64,000 nt of DNA from Eledone cirrhosa (GCA_964016885.1 OZ024740.1:202802001-202866000); one strand, 5' to 3'. Counted from the stretch's first letter, positions 40,577 to 54,465 are shown. Made by a program: numbers and translations. The notes: generated by a model not told the origin, from the sequence alone.

Positions 40577-40633
40577 TAAATTGGTGTATGACATACCTCA
40601 ACTGTGCTAATGTTCCAATTCCAGTCTTGGCAG

Positions 40634-40726
<93 letters not shown>

Positions 40727-41020
40727 GATTATATGCATATTTAAAGTATATTCAGAAGATCCCGTAAAGGATGAAAGCAGCGATTCTTTGCTTAAACTTT
40801 CATCTGTATATATATATATATATATATATATAAATATATATATATATAATTAATACAATAACAGAGATAGTTTAAAGCTAAACTCTGACTGGCAACCATC
40901 TCACTCAACAAACATTAGGTTATATTTAAATATAAACCCAATTTAAGTGTTTGGGGTGCTAACAATATGTATAATGTGGAAAAACCAGTTGTATTATTTT
41001 ATATATATATTATTTTATAT

Positions 41021-41111
<91 letters not shown>

Positions 41112-41112
41112 T

Positions 41113-41153
<41 letters not shown>

Positions 41154-41183
41154 AACAAAAGATGGTTAAAAGAGTTCCATGTA

Positions 41184-41250
41184 TTTTATTATGCGCATTT
41201 CAAAAACAAATATCATCATGCAATAATATTTGTATTTTCATCAGATAAAA
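41184..41250 (-). ncRNA. Type I HHR
   Basis: TTTTAT-CTGATGA-AAATACAAATATTAT...ATGATATTTGTTTTT-GAAA-TGCGCATA-ATAAAA. Confidence 0.8.
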
Positions 41251-41607
41251 CAGGAAGACATGATATGAAGGTTAAAAAACACTTGTGGATAGTGCAGTTT
41301 TAAATCAACATATGAAAAGTAGTTTTAGATTGATGTGTGATATTGGGAAAAATATTTTATTTTGAGGGGGGGTGGGGGTGGAAAGGATGAAAAAGAGGAG
41401 GAGATGAGAGTAAAAAGTGGAGAGGGAGGAGTATTATGAGGAAGGATGAGATAGGAGGAGAGATGGGTGATAGATAGAGAGAGAGATATCTTTTATAACT
41501 GTTTTACATTGAGAGGTTGAAAACCGTTGGAAGATAATGTATAAATTAAAAGAATTTGAAAATTAACGAAGAGAAAAATAATGTAAAGTTAAGGTTTGTA
41601 TATTAAA

Positions 41608-41773
41608 GGGTTTAATAATATGTGCGATGAAAAGAAAATGTTAATATGTATTAAGAATAATATTTAAGGGTTTAATAATATGTGCGATGGAAAGAAAAAG
41701 TTAATATGTATTAAGAATAATATTTAAAGGTTTAATAATATGTGCGATGGAAAGAAAATGTTGATATGTATTA
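41608..41773. repeat. 60-bp tandem repeat, ~2.8 copies
   Basis: TTTAATAATATGTGCGATG at 41611, 41671 and 41731. Confidence 0.9.
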
Positions 41774-42230
41774 TTAAAAAGAACAAGTAATTTAAGTAAG
41801 GATATATTGTGAGATGAGCATGAATAAGTTAGATGAAATGTAGAAAAGAATAATAAATTGAGGATGAATAATCTAACGTAAAAAAAATATTTATGTTTAC
41901 GAAGGATTTTTACAAGGTGATATAGAGTAAGAATGTATTGTATTATGTAATAATTGTTTCTGAGTTAGGCAACAGTGAAAAAAGGTACAGATTAGGGGTT
42001 AGACATTAAAAGAAAAAGAGAAGAAAGGGAAGTGATAAATAGGAGCGATATAGAATGAGTAACAAGTATTATATAATGTATAATAAAAACTTTGAAATAA
42101 GGTAGAAAGATGGGTATATTTTTAAGAAGTATATATATATATATATATATGTGCCTTTGCGAAAAAGATTCTAAATTGATAAAGTTTTGGATATTAGCTT
42201 GGATATTGTACTACAATAAAACTCACCTCC

Positions 42231-42368
<138 letters not shown>

Positions 42369-42596
42369 GTTTGTGTGTATCTATGGTGTGTGATAAACGG
42401 TGAGATGGACGTATGTGTGTCGAGGCTAATACTAAGGAGTTATATAGCTACGGTCTATTGGACAATATATAGATATTATCTCTGTTCATTTCACACTTGA
42501 AACGATCGTAAAACAATGGACTGATTAATCTTTAAATCTCGTCTTTCTTGTTTTCATTGTTCAACCTATATAATATATAACTATGCAACTTTGTAA

Positions 42597-42663
<67 letters not shown>

Positions 42664-42799
42664 TCTCTCTCTCTCTTACTGTCACTGTCACTCTCTCTCT
42701 ATCTCTCTTTCTATTTATATATATATATGTTATGTGTGTATATATATATATATATGTATATGTATATATGTATATATATATATGTGTGTGTGTGTGTGT

Positions 42800-42945
42800 G
42801 AAGGCGCATGGCTTAGTGGTTAGAGCATCGTGCTTGCAATCCTGAGTTTGTGAGCTCGATTCTCGGACCGGGCTTTGCGTTGTCTTCTTGAGCAAAACAC
42901 TTTATTACACGTTGATCCAGTTCACTCAGCTGTAGAAATGAGTTT
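42800..42945 (+). mobile_element. tRNA-derived SINE with CTTGAGCAAGACAC-type central domain
   Basis: TGGCTTAGTGGTTAGAGC head, B-box-like GAGCTCGATTC; related to 53126-53410. Confidence 0.75.
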
Positions 42946-43061
42946 ACCCAGCTATGGGTTAAATAGCCTCACCAACCTGCAACTGGCCAAACGTGGTGAG
43001 AACGGCTACACCCCTGACATGAACAAAACCAAAAAAACAGAAAAGGATATATATATATACA

Positions 43062-43132
<71 letters not shown>

Positions 43133-43139
43133 TATTTAT

Positions 43140-43328
43140 GTGGATTGGCAGTATCGGTAGAGGGTCGGGCCCAATGCTTTGACGCATAGAGTTACGGCCC
43201 TTGCCATTCTGAGTTCAAATCCCGCCGAGGTTGACTTTGTCTTTCATCCTTACGGGGTCGATAAAATAAAGTACCAGTAATGCTCTGGGTAATTGCTGGC
43301 CTTGTGCCAAAAGTAGAAACAATTATTT
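43140..43328 (+). mobile_element. tRNA-derived SINE
   Basis: Same family as 14547. Confidence 0.8.
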
Positions 43329-43605
43329 ATTTATATAATACCTCTGTACTATACATAGAACACTCTTCTTTCTTTCACCTTTTCTACAGAAATACTTATC
43401 ACACACACACACAAATATATATATATATATATATAGCATAAGGAAAGTGCGAAGTTGTCTTATTGATAAGGCTATGATACATATTTCAATGACGACATTG
43501 GCCACGTGATTTGTTGGATGAAGGCTTCAAAAACATTATTTTTGTCCGCTCCCTTGCTACTTTAGTTTTGATTGCCTCGGGAACGTAACCGTATAATGTA
43601 ATGAT

Positions 43606-43678
43606 GTTGTCTGATGAGATCACAACACTGATTACGTGATTTCGTGGCCAATGTCGTCATTGAAATATCTATCACAGC
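43606..43678 (+). ncRNA. Type I HHR with long degenerate stem II, in a fold-back insert (43434-43814)
   Basis: GTTGT-CTGATGA-GATCACAACACTGATTACG(TGATTT)CGTGGCCAATGTCGTCATT-GAAA-TATCTATC-ACAGC; inverted arm 43434-43506. Confidence 0.75.
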
Positions 43679-43813
43679 CTTATCATAAACGACTCTTTAA
43701 CACCTAAAACAACTTCGTATTTTTCTTATGCTAAATATATTCCTTCATTCTCAGATGGAAGAAGCATTATGATGTTGAGTACTTGAATTGAATTGCATCA
43801 ATATTTACCGTAA

Positions 43814-43899
<86 letters not shown>

Positions 43900-44013
43900 A
43901 CCATATCTTCGGATTGGAAGAGGGATCAAAATTGTGACCTAATCTTCAAAATCACCTCTCATCCCTGATTGAGCATTGTTTTTTTCGTTTTTCACACATA
44001 CGTATATATATAT

Positions 44014-44079
<66 letters not shown>

Positions 44080-44084
<5 letters not shown>

Positions 44085-45722
44085 GAAATGACAGGAGGCT
44101 GGATTTGTGTAAATCCTTGAAAGGTTTATTATACTATGATCATTTCAATGACCGGGTTCCGTATGAATCCGGTGATATCATCAGGTATTCGAAATATAAT
44201 ACGTGAATGTAATAGATAAAACCCATGGGGCTGAAAATCGAGGACCCGATTGGGACTTTTGCTCACTTGCACACGACACTAGAATGTCTTCCCCTGAAAA
44301 CAAAAATAAATATTACCCGACTATATCCCGTACTCTACATCCCACTAGAATAAATTATAGATCTACATAATACAATTAACGTTTCTTCATAAAAGACTCT
44401 CTTTAATTAAACCCCGCAACCCAATACCTTATAGAAGTTTCTTTTAAATGTTTGATTTTCAATTTTCTGTTTGTTCAATTCTCAATCTTCTTACTCTTTA
44501 ATTTTATAATGTTATTCTGAATTCCTACAACTTCATCCTATAAATTTAAACTATATTATAAAGTTCCAACTTTCTGTCGGACTGTTGGGTGGGTTTTAAT
44601 GGCGGCGCGACCAGCCCCCTGACGCATGGGCCTACCTTGAGTGCTTGGAAAAATAAATTTCCCCTTCTTTCGGTAAATGAAAATACTCGGAGTGGTTTAA
44701 TTCGCGGCCGGTTTTTAACCGCCACATAGTACCTTTAAATTACAGATCAAATCAAAACTATTAGATATATCAACCTTAAAATGTTAAACTGTTTAACTTT
44801 AAATTTTCTAATTTCTTTAATATTAAATATTAATTATTAATTTTTAACTTCATCCTATAAGTCTAAACAAAAACGTAACGTTCCAATCTTCTGCTCACAC
44901 ATTATAACACACTGACCCCCACTATATTCACCTCTGCTAAGATACGGGTCCCTGTGAACATTTTCTCGCGCCACTCTTGGCCTGACTGTAGTCTGACATT
45001 AATATCGACCTTTCTTCCTCTTTCTTTCTATCTTCCTTCTTGTAGCCATCAACCCTTACTCTTCTACTTATTCCTTTTCTTACTTCTTTTCTCCCCTCTT
45101 TCTGTCTCCCTCCCGCAGACTTATCTTCCTTCCCTTTTTTGTTCGCCTATATCTGACCAGTAGTAGTTGTTTAGATACGGGTCCCGTAGAATAAAAAAAA
45201 TTTCTTCGCGACAATCCTGGCCTGACTGTAATACCGACCTTCCTTTCTCTTTCTTTCTGTCTTTCTTCTTATAGCTGACATTAACCCTGGCTTCTTTCTT
45301 CTTCCTTCCCCCTTCTTCTCTCTCCTTCCTTTCTTTCTTTCTTTTGTCTTGTGGCATGAGATTAACGCTAACTTATGTACCCATCCCTTTCTGTTTTCCT
45401 TTATCTGACCGGTAGTAGCACACTGTGAGCTTTAGCTACGTCAGTCGAGGGCGACCGGCTAAGGTAGAGGGTGCAAGATAGCGGTCGCCCTCGGGTCCTC
45501 GATTTTCAGCCCAATGGATTTTATCTATTACATTCACGTATTATATTTCGAATACCTGATGATATCACCGGATTCATACGGAACCCGGTCATTGAAATGA
45601 TCATAGTATAATAAACCTTTCAAGGATTTACACAAATCCAGCCTCCTGTCATTTCATTATAATATTTAACTCCGTAATAGCACCACCAACTACAAAAACA
45701 AAGACGCTTATCTCTTTGCATG
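44080..45722 (+). mobile_element. PLE-type element with inverted terminal-repeat copy and 1.24-kb decayed body
   Basis: ~170-bp arms 44080-44249 / 45491-45660, each with an HHR; tail on the right. Confidence 0.8.
45552..45609 (+). ncRNA. Type I HHR (inverted copy 44131-44188, minus)
   Basis: ATAC-CTGATGA-TATCACCGGATTC(ATACG)GAACCCGGTCATT-GAAA-TGATCATA-GTAT. Confidence 0.85.
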
Positions 45723-45788
45723 TATGTATATTTTTGTACGAGTGTATATTGATGTGTATGTATGTGTCCATGTACACATGCATGTGTA

Positions 45789-45843
<55 letters not shown>

Positions 45844-46382
45844 ATGTGTGTGTGTGTGTGTGTGTGCGTAAATATATGCGTATATTACTTCGTTAACCTC
45901 TGTATTAACTCAACAACTATTTAGCTTTGACAGTGTTGTCCCACTCATGTATAAGATGAAGAGAAAGACTGTAAACACTAGCTTATCTTTAAAATTTAAA
46001 ATTGATATACACTTCGATACTCTGTACATGCCAAACGCTTTCTTTTGCCTCATGACAGCTAGTTTTACACGCCGTAACGTTAGATACATTATATACCCCC
46101 CACCTAAGTAATGTTAGGGTCTCCTTAAATAATTTATTAATAGCATTGTTGTAATTGTTGTTATTGTTCTAATTGAATGCCATTACTACTTCATATAGTA
46201 GCCTGTATATTCTTTTCTTGCCTAAACGAAAAAAACCGTGCTCAATCAGGGATGAGAGGTGATTTTGAAGATTAGGTCACAATTTTTATCCCTCTTCCAA
46301 TCTGAAGATATGGTCAATATTGACCCTTGAAACTTTAGGTAGCGTTTCTGTTCCGAGTATGAATATAAATAATATAATATAA

Positions 46383-46439
<57 letters not shown>

Positions 46440-46443
<4 letters not shown>

Positions 46444-48408
46444 ATATTGAAGTTTGCTTGAAGCATTGTGGAATAATAGGTAAATATCTTTAAGTCGTTT
46501 GGAAGCCTCGACAATGCAAATGGGTAAATCTCCGGGTAACAAGATCCGGTGGTGGAGAGAGAGATGTAAGTGGGTGTATGTTGAGATGCGTGGTGTGTAT
46601 AAGACGTGTAGAGGAATGAAGGAAAGAGTATAAAGGATAAAATAAAAATAACAACACGAGAGAGAGTTACCTTGGGAAAGATTTAATTGTCCCTATATAT
46701 TTCGGATTCGCATCCATCAACTGGGGTTTTTTCTGGGGTGGGGGAAAGGTTGTCTGTCGGAAAGGTGCGAAACGCGTCCTCCGCTGTTTGTTGTTTTGAA
46801 TATCTGAGGTATTCAGCAGAGCGCGCGTGCGCGTGAAATGGGGTCGGTCGGGCAGAGGTTAGCGGCCGAATGTGGGAGTGGGGTGGCGCTAGCTGTCAGT
46901 CCATTCTCTGCCTGTTTGTTAAATGTTACTGTGTGTGTGTGTGCGTGTGTTGTTGTCTCGCTTGTGCGTGTGTGTGCGTGTGTTGTTCCCTTGTTCCTCT
47001 GTATTGGCAGTGTAGTATGTTCGTATGGTGGAATGCTACCCTGTGTGTGTGCGTGTGCGTGTGTAGTTGTCTCGTTTGTGTGTGTGTGTGCGTGTGTTGC
47101 TGCATCGTTTAACTTAAACCAGCCACCTCATTTCGCTTCTCTCGGATCGATTGTTTATTTGCGGTGCCAGGCGTTTGATAAAAAGCGCTTCCTTGATACG
47201 TAACGTGCCGACGTTTCGTTCAGTCGCTAGAATTGTGACAATGGGCCTTCCGTCTTTGTTTCCGCATTTATCTATGTATTTCCGGAAAGACGAGGCCCTA
47301 GTTTTAGTGTGTTCCTTGATCTGGATGTGCAAAGGTCGGATTGTGCTACCTATATAGTATTGGTTGCACCTGTCACATTCTATCTTATACACGACGTATG
47401 TGCGTAGGCAACAGTTCGCATGGCGTATCGGGCAGTCTCCGATGGAGCATGCGTCAGTAGATTTCCCGGGTTTCCTGGAGAGGCATCTTCGCAGGGAGGG
47501 GCCCGAGTGGGCCAGGTGGATGTCGAGGCCCTCCCTCCGTATAGCCTTGCAGATAGCGTTGGTGGTATTCTCGCCCAGGTGTGGCATTTTAAGGAAGCAC
47601 TTGCCTTGGGTGTCTCTCTGTCTCTTGTGTCTGGCGTCTCCCACTCTGTCTGTAAGCGAGGCAGGGTACCCGTTCGTCTCCAGCACCTCGAGGAAGCGCT
47701 TTTTATCAAACGCCTGGCACCGTAAATAAACAATCGATCCGAGAGAAGCGAAATGAGGCGGCTGGTTTAAGTTAACAAACGATGCAGCAATACACGCACA
47801 CACACACACAAACGAGACAACTACACACGCACACGCACACGCACACACAGTAGCATTCCACCATACGAACATACTACGCTGCCAATACAGAAGAACAAGG
47901 CAACAACACACGCACACACACACACAAGCGAGACAACAACACACGCACACACACACACAGTAACATTTAACAAACAGGCAGAGAATGGACTGACAACTAG
48001 CGCCACCCCACTCCCACATTCGGCCGCTGACCTCTGCCCGACCGACCCCATTTCACGCGCACGCGCGCTCTGCTGAATACCTCAGATATTCAATACAACA
48101 AACAGCGGAGGACGCGTTTCGCACCTTTCCGACAGACAACCTTTCCCCCACCCCGGAAAAAAACCCCAGTTGATGGATGCGAATCCGAAATATATAGGGA
48201 CAATTAAATCTCTCCCAAGGTAACTCTCTCTCGTGTTGTTATTTTTATTTTATCTTTTATACTCTTTCCTTCATTCCTCTACACGTCTTATACACACCAC
48301 GCATCTCAACGTACACCCACTTACATCTCTCTCTCCACCACCGGATCTTGTTACCCGGAGATTTACCCATTTTGCATTGTCGAGGCTTCCAAACGACTTA
48401 AAGATATT

Positions 48409-48411
<3 letters not shown>
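46440..48411 (-). mobile_element. 5'-truncated Penelope-like element with inverted pseudo-LTR
   Basis: ~715-bp inverted arms 46480-47193 / 47691-48411; GIY-YIG ORF end; (TA)n on both sides; degenerate HHR at 46691-46725 and 48165-48199. Confidence 0.9.
47114..47690 (-). pseudogene. PLE linker + GIY-YIG endonuclease, uninterrupted C-terminal fragment
   Basis: NGYP...CSIGDCPIRHANCC...VVYKIECDRCNQYYIGSTIRPLHIQIKEH...LRIKEALFIKRLAPQIN. The upstream part of the called 301-aa ORF is antisense pLTR. Confidence 0.9.
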
Positions 48412-48465
<54 letters not shown>

Positions 48466-48509
48466 ATATATATATATATAATTAATATATATAATTCATT
48501 TAATTTTGG

Positions 48510-48550
<41 letters not shown>

Positions 48551-48637
48551 AAGTTTTATTTAAAGCCAGCTTCCTACCTTAATGGTCGCTTATATTTATG
48601 GTACGTCAAAATTATTTATAAAACTGTTTATATATTG

Positions 48638-48703
48638 TATTTTATCTGACGAAGGCATGCCATATTTTTAATATGGTATCCCTGAAATATGTATAATGAA
48701 ATA
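48638..48703 (+). ncRNA. Type I HHR
   Basis: TATTTTAT-CTGACGA-AGGCATGCCATATT(TTT)AATATGGTATCCCT-GAAA-TATGTATA-ATGAAATA; flanks homologous to 19703-19863. Confidence 0.85.
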
Positions 48704-48743
48704 AATATGGTTTTATATATATAGTTTCCATTTGTTTAATATC

Positions 48744-48803
<60 letters not shown>

Positions 48804-49055
48804 CCAAAATTAAATTAAGGGTGTCATGTCTGAGAGACATGCGCCATACCTACTGTAGAATATGCTCAAAGATTCCAATGAATAGATCCGAGCATGTGTG
48901 TGATTACACTCTTTACAAATTATCTCCTGTGATTGTTTCATATGTTTAGTTTAGATGTATATATGTCAATATCGATTTCTAGTTTATATATATATATATA
49001 TATATATGTCAATATCGATTTCTAGTTTATATATATCAACTAGAAATCCATATTG

Positions 49056-49088
<33 letters not shown>

Positions 49089-49245
49089 AATAAACATATG
49101 AAACAATCGCAGGAGATCATTTCTACTACCCTAAGTATTGAGTACTGTCCACCTGGTATCTCACCACACTTTCTTTGTTATATATATATAAATGATATGG
49201 GTAATATTGATATTATCCAATTACTAGTATGAGAGTTGCTCGATG

Positions 49246-49297
<52 letters not shown>

Positions 49298-49398
49298 GTC
49301 TGTATACATATATGTATGTACGTATACATACATACTTACATTTAAGTAAGTGCCGTACTAAGAGTGAGAAATGAAATTTCGTTTTCATTTTATTTCAA

Positions 49399-49437
<39 letters not shown>

Positions 49438-49496
49438 AAATGCTCTGCTACCATCAACACTATACACACAGAGCTGGCATGTCTAAGAACTGACTA

Positions 49497-49552
49497 ACTG
49501 CCTGATGAGGTCATAGCCATTCAATGGCTATCATCGAAATATATATAGCAGT
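49497..49552 (+). ncRNA. Type I HHR (same family as 16756-16811)
   Basis: ACTGC-CTGATGA-GGTCATAGCCATT(C)AATGGCTATCATC-GAAA-TATATATA-GCAGT. Confidence 0.85.
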
Positions 49553-49614
49553 AAATAAAGGATTATGAGTTCATGCAATTGACTTATGTTTCATCACTAT
49601 ATATATATATATAT

Positions 49615-49944
49615 TTATTATTATGTAATAAACAACATAAGGCAATTATTCCATTTACCAGTGGTTTCTTAAAAGCAAAAGATTTTGCTTTCAATCCTCA
49701 GAATGAAAAAATTCTGGTCTGTTTATTGAAATTGGATTTTAAAAAACAATTTTAAAATCCAATTTCAATAAACAGACCAGGATTTTTTCATTCTGAGGAT
49801 TGAAAGCAAAATCTTTTGCTTTTAAGAAACCACTGGTAAATGGAATAATTGCCTTATGTTGTTTATTACATAATAATAATTAAGCTCTGTTACCTACATA
49901 GAGCACTCTTTTTTCCTGGACTTTTCCGACGGAATTACTTCATT

Positions 49945-49945
<1 letters not shown>
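49615..49945 (+). mobile_element. Fold-back insert: 130-bp arms, 5-nt loop, tail on the right
   Basis: Arms 49615-49744 / 49750-49879, loop AACAA. Confidence 0.85.
49789..49842 (+). ncRNA. Type I HHR (inverted copy 49652-49705, minus)
   Basis: CATT-CTGAGGA-TTGAAAGCAAAA(TC)TTTTGCTTTTAA-GAAA-CCACTGGTA-AATG. Confidence 0.85.
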
Positions 49946-49995
<50 letters not shown>

Positions 49996-50226
49996 GAATA
50001 ATCGAGTATCGAAAAATCGGCGCACGAGTTCACGATAACCAAAATCGAGATGAGCGGCAGAGGGCTCCATAATTCAAATAAATCAGAGCTATAACTATCG
50101 TTAAAATACCGTCACACGTAGAATATGTCTACAATCAACCAAACGACCGAAAAATTGCGATATGGAAGATTCGGGACACTCAGATAAATTATCAATAAAT
50201 CAAAAAATCAAATGAATGTAAAAAGC

Positions 50227-50300
<74 letters not shown>

Positions 50301-50694
50301 GGTAAACAGAAATAACAACACAATCGGTGCAGTATATGGAAGGTATATATTAGGTTAACGCTTGATATAGCAGGAAGAGAGTCTTAACGTTATATATACA
50401 TACAATATAATATAAAATTGTATTTTATTTCTGTCGAGATTGTCATGCAGAACAGTACCGCCAGCGTCGTCTGTTGATGAACTGGGGAGTGTGATTCTGA
50501 CGTACTATCGACGTCACTAGAAAGTTTATAAATCAATAAGGCTTGGCACTGTATTCTGAGTTCGATCCCGATAGCATAAAAAGACAGAGGATGTTACAGT
50601 TAAGGTGTTATGACGTCAGTTGGTTAATTGCCGAGCTGAGCTGGTTCTAGCAATAACTGGTTTCTTTCTACACACCTTATATATACGTGTGTGT

Positions 50695-50730
50695 GTGTTG
50701 ATGTATTGGTTGTGTTTCTGTGTGCATGTG

Positions 50731-50764
<34 letters not shown>

Positions 50765-51096
50765 TTGATGTATTGGTTGTCTTTCTGTGTGCATGTGTGT
50801 GTGTGTGTGTGTGTGTATGTGTCTCTTGATGTATTGGTTGTCTTTCTGTGTGCATGTGTATGTGTGTGTGTGTGTATGTGTCTGTTGATGTATTTGTTGT
50901 CTTTCTGTGTGCATGTGTATGTGTGTGTGTGTGTATGTGTCTCTTGATGTATTGGTTGTCTTTCTGTGTGCATGTGTATGTGTGTGTGTGTGTATGTGTC
51001 TGTTGATGTATTGGTTGTCTTTCTGTGTGCATGTGTGTGTGTGTGTGTGTGTGTATGTGTCTCTTGATGTATTGGTTGTGTTTCTGTGTGCATGTG

Positions 51097-51132
<36 letters not shown>

Positions 51133-51763
51133 TTGATGTATTGGTTGTCTTTCTGTGTGCATGTGTGTGTGTGTGTGTGTGTGTATGTGTCTCTTGATGT
51201 ATTGGTTGTCTTTCTGTGTGCATGTGTATGTGTGTGTGTGTGTATGTGTCTGTTGATGTATTTGTTGTCTTTCTGTGTGCATGTGTATGTGTGTGTGTGT
51301 GTATGTGTCTCTTGATGTATTGGTTGTCTTTCTGTGTGCATGTGTATGTGTGTGTGTGTGTATGTGTCTGTTGATGTATTGGTTGTCTTTCTGTGTGCAT
51401 GTGTATGTGTGTGTGTGTGTATGTGTCTGTTGATGTATTGGTTGTCTTTCTGTGTGCATGTGTATGTGTGTGTGTGTGTGTATGTGTCTATTGATGTATT
51501 GGTTGTCTTTCTGTGTGCATGTGTATGTGTGTGTGTTTGTGTGTGTGTGTGTATGTGTCTGTTGATGTATTGGTTGTCTTTCTGTGTGCATGTGTATGTG
51601 TGTGTGTGTGTATGTGTCTGTTGATGTATTGGTTGTCTTTCTGTGTGCATGTGTATGTGTGTGTGTGTATGTGTCTCTTGATGTATTGGTTGTCTTTCTG
51701 TGTGCATGTGTGTGTGTGTGTGTGTATGTGTCTCTTGATGTATTGGTTGTCTTTCTGTGTGCA

Positions 51764-51794
<31 letters not shown>

Positions 51795-51888
51795 CTGTTG
51801 ATCTATTGGTTGTCTTTCTGTGTGCATGTGTGTGTGTGTGTATGTGTGTATGTGTCTGTTGATGTATTGGCTGTTATGTTTCTGTGTG

Positions 51889-51925
<37 letters not shown>

Positions 51926-52185
51926 CTCTTGATGTATTGGTTGTCTTTCTGTGTGCATGTGTATGTGTGTGTGTATGTGTCTGTTGATGTATTGGTTGTC
52001 TTTCTGTGTGCATGTGTATGTGTGTGTGTGTGTGTATGTGTCTGTTGATGTATTGGTTGTCTTTCTGTGTGCATGTGTGTGTGTGTGTGTGTATGTGTGT
52101 ATGTGTCTGTTGATGTATTGGCTGTTATGTTTCTGTGTGTAGGTGTGTGTGTGTGTGTTGATGTATTGGCTGTTATGTTTCTGTG
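50695..52185. repeat. ~60-bp minisatellite with variable (TG)n
   Basis: Repeated TTGATGTATTGGTTGTCTTTCTGTGTGCATG. Confidence 0.95.
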
Positions 52186-52255
52186 AGTATATTGACGGGA
52201 GTATGTGTGTGTGTTGATGTGTTGGTTATGTTTCTGTGTGTATATTGATGGGAGT

Positions 52256-52319
<64 letters not shown>

Positions 52320-52623
52320 CTGTGTAACTGTGTTTATATATGTTTGTGTGCGTTGGTGTGTCTGTAAATGGTTGTATGTCTGTGTGTGTATTGTGTGTGA
52401 TGGTGAATATGTCTGTTTGTGTATGCGTGTATATGTCGATGATTTGTGTGTACATATGTGTATTTGTGTATGTGTATGTGTGTCCGCCTGACTTGCTTCC
52501 ACGCAGTTTCCATCTACTTAGTTTCCCATAAGGCATCAGAAATACATAGCATCTATCTAAAAGGTAAAAGGTAAAGACCCCTTTCGGTCACTAATCACCA
52601 TGCGATTTACGTTAAGCCCGGCC

Positions 52624-52677
<54 letters not shown>

Positions 52678-52747
52678 GCCATATATACATAAACATACAT
52701 ACACATGTATGTATGTTTATGTATATATGGCTGTGTGTATATATATA

Positions 52748-52862
<115 letters not shown>

Positions 52863-53591
52863 CAGTTTAGTAGTCAGTTACAAATATTAAGCTCTAAGAA
52901 AATACTTCTGAGCATTACATTATGGTTTAAAAAGTAATTAAAAAAATATTTATATATGATCAACACTACTGTGTTTTTTTTTTTTTTGCAAAATGACAAT
53001 AATTTTTTTTTTTTTTTTTTTTAAATTATTGTCATTTTGCAAAAAAAAAACACAGTAGTGTTGATCATATATTTTTTTTTTTAATTACTTTTTAAACTAT
53101 ATTATATATATATATATATATGTGTGTGGGCCGGGCTTAGCGTTGTGTCCTTGAGCAAGACACTTTATTTCACGTCGCTTCAGTTTACTCAGCTGTAGAA
53201 ATTAGTTGCGACGTCACTGGTGCCAAGTGTATTGACAATTACCTTTCCCTTGGACAACATCGGTGATATGGAGAGGGGAGACTGGTATGCCGGGGTCACA
53301 TCTGGTCTTTCACAAACAACCTTTCCCACACTTGTGCCTCGGAGGGTAACTTTCTAGGTGTAAATCGCATGGTGATTAGTGACCGAAAGAGGTCTTTACC
53401 TTTTACCTTTTAGATAGATGCTATGTATTTCTGATGCCTTATGGGAAACTAAGTAGATGGAAACTGCGTGGAAGCCCGTCAGGCGGATATCAATATTCGA
53501 AAGTCCAGTCTTGTCACACAGTGTCCTGTTCAATCTCACTGAGAATTATGTTCAGGGTACAAGTGTCTTTGGAATACTCAGCCACTTACAA

Positions 53592-53780
53592 TATAATTGT
53601 TTCTACTTTTGGCACAAGGCCAGCAATTATCCTAGTGCATTACTGGTACTTTATTTTATCGACCCCGTAAGGATGAAAGGCAAAGTCAACCTCGGCGGAA
53701 TTTGAACTCAGATTGTAAAGGGACGTAACTATGCTGAAAAGCATGGCGTCCGACCCTCTACCAATGCTGCCAACCCACCA
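53592..53780 (-). mobile_element. tRNA-derived SINE
   Basis: Same family as 14547; GCCACTTACAATATAAT occurs on both sides (TSD-like). Confidence 0.85.
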
Positions 53781-54049
53781 GCCACTTACAATATAATACA
53801 TGATGGACTGTATCTCTAATTTGAAGTGTCAGCCTCGTCACACAGTGTGTCTCAATGAATCTCCCTGAGAATTAAGTTAAAGGTACGCGTGTCTGAGGAA
53901 TTCTCAATCATTTACACGTTAATTTAGAAAGCAGGTTTTTTTAAATTAATCTAACACCTAGAGTATTCATGGTTAGTTTGGAAGGTAGGTGCAGAAGAGG
54001 AAGACCGAGAAAAACCTTGGCAGAAAAAGGTGAAAGCTGATTTCAGGAC

Positions 54050-54361
54050 CTGAGCCGGATTTGATGGGGGACAAAGGGGGGCAATTGGCCCGGGACCCCT
54101 GGTGTGTGTGTGGGAGGGGGGGGGTCCAAGGACAGCCGTAGCAATTTATTTGTGCCCTCTGTTGTACTTTTTAGGTTTAGGATGGTTAGAATTTTTTAAT
54201 TTAATACCTGTATATATAAATTTTCAATTCCAATTACTTGCACCAAGCTGACTTTGATATGTAAAACGGAGGGGAGGTGCTGTGTATTCTAATATTTTGT
54301 GTATGAGGGGACCCCTAAACCTGAACTTCCCCGGGTCCCCGAAGGTCTAAATTTGGCCCAG
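54050..54361 (+). mobile_element. hAT-type MITE inserted in an RTE remnant
   Basis: TIRs CTGAGCCGGATTT / AAATTTGGCCCAG; imperfect 8-bp TSD TTCAGGAC / CTCAAGAC. Confidence 0.75.
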
Positions 54362-54465
54362 CTCAAGACACTGAACCTGACGAAGGAGCTGACAAAAGAA
54401 CATAAGTGGCAAGACATTGTGTGGAGAAGACATGTCCAACACGAGCAAGACATAACATCTATGGT

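Noticed and set aside
40750-40790. HHR-like CAGAAGA...GAAA
   Set aside because: Mutated core and no stem I or III; overlaps a SINE-like CCCGTAAGGATGAAAG motif.
42385-42515. HHR with long stem II
   Set aside because: GAAACGATCGTA and a paired helix are present, but the core (GTGATAA) and stem I are too degenerate to call.
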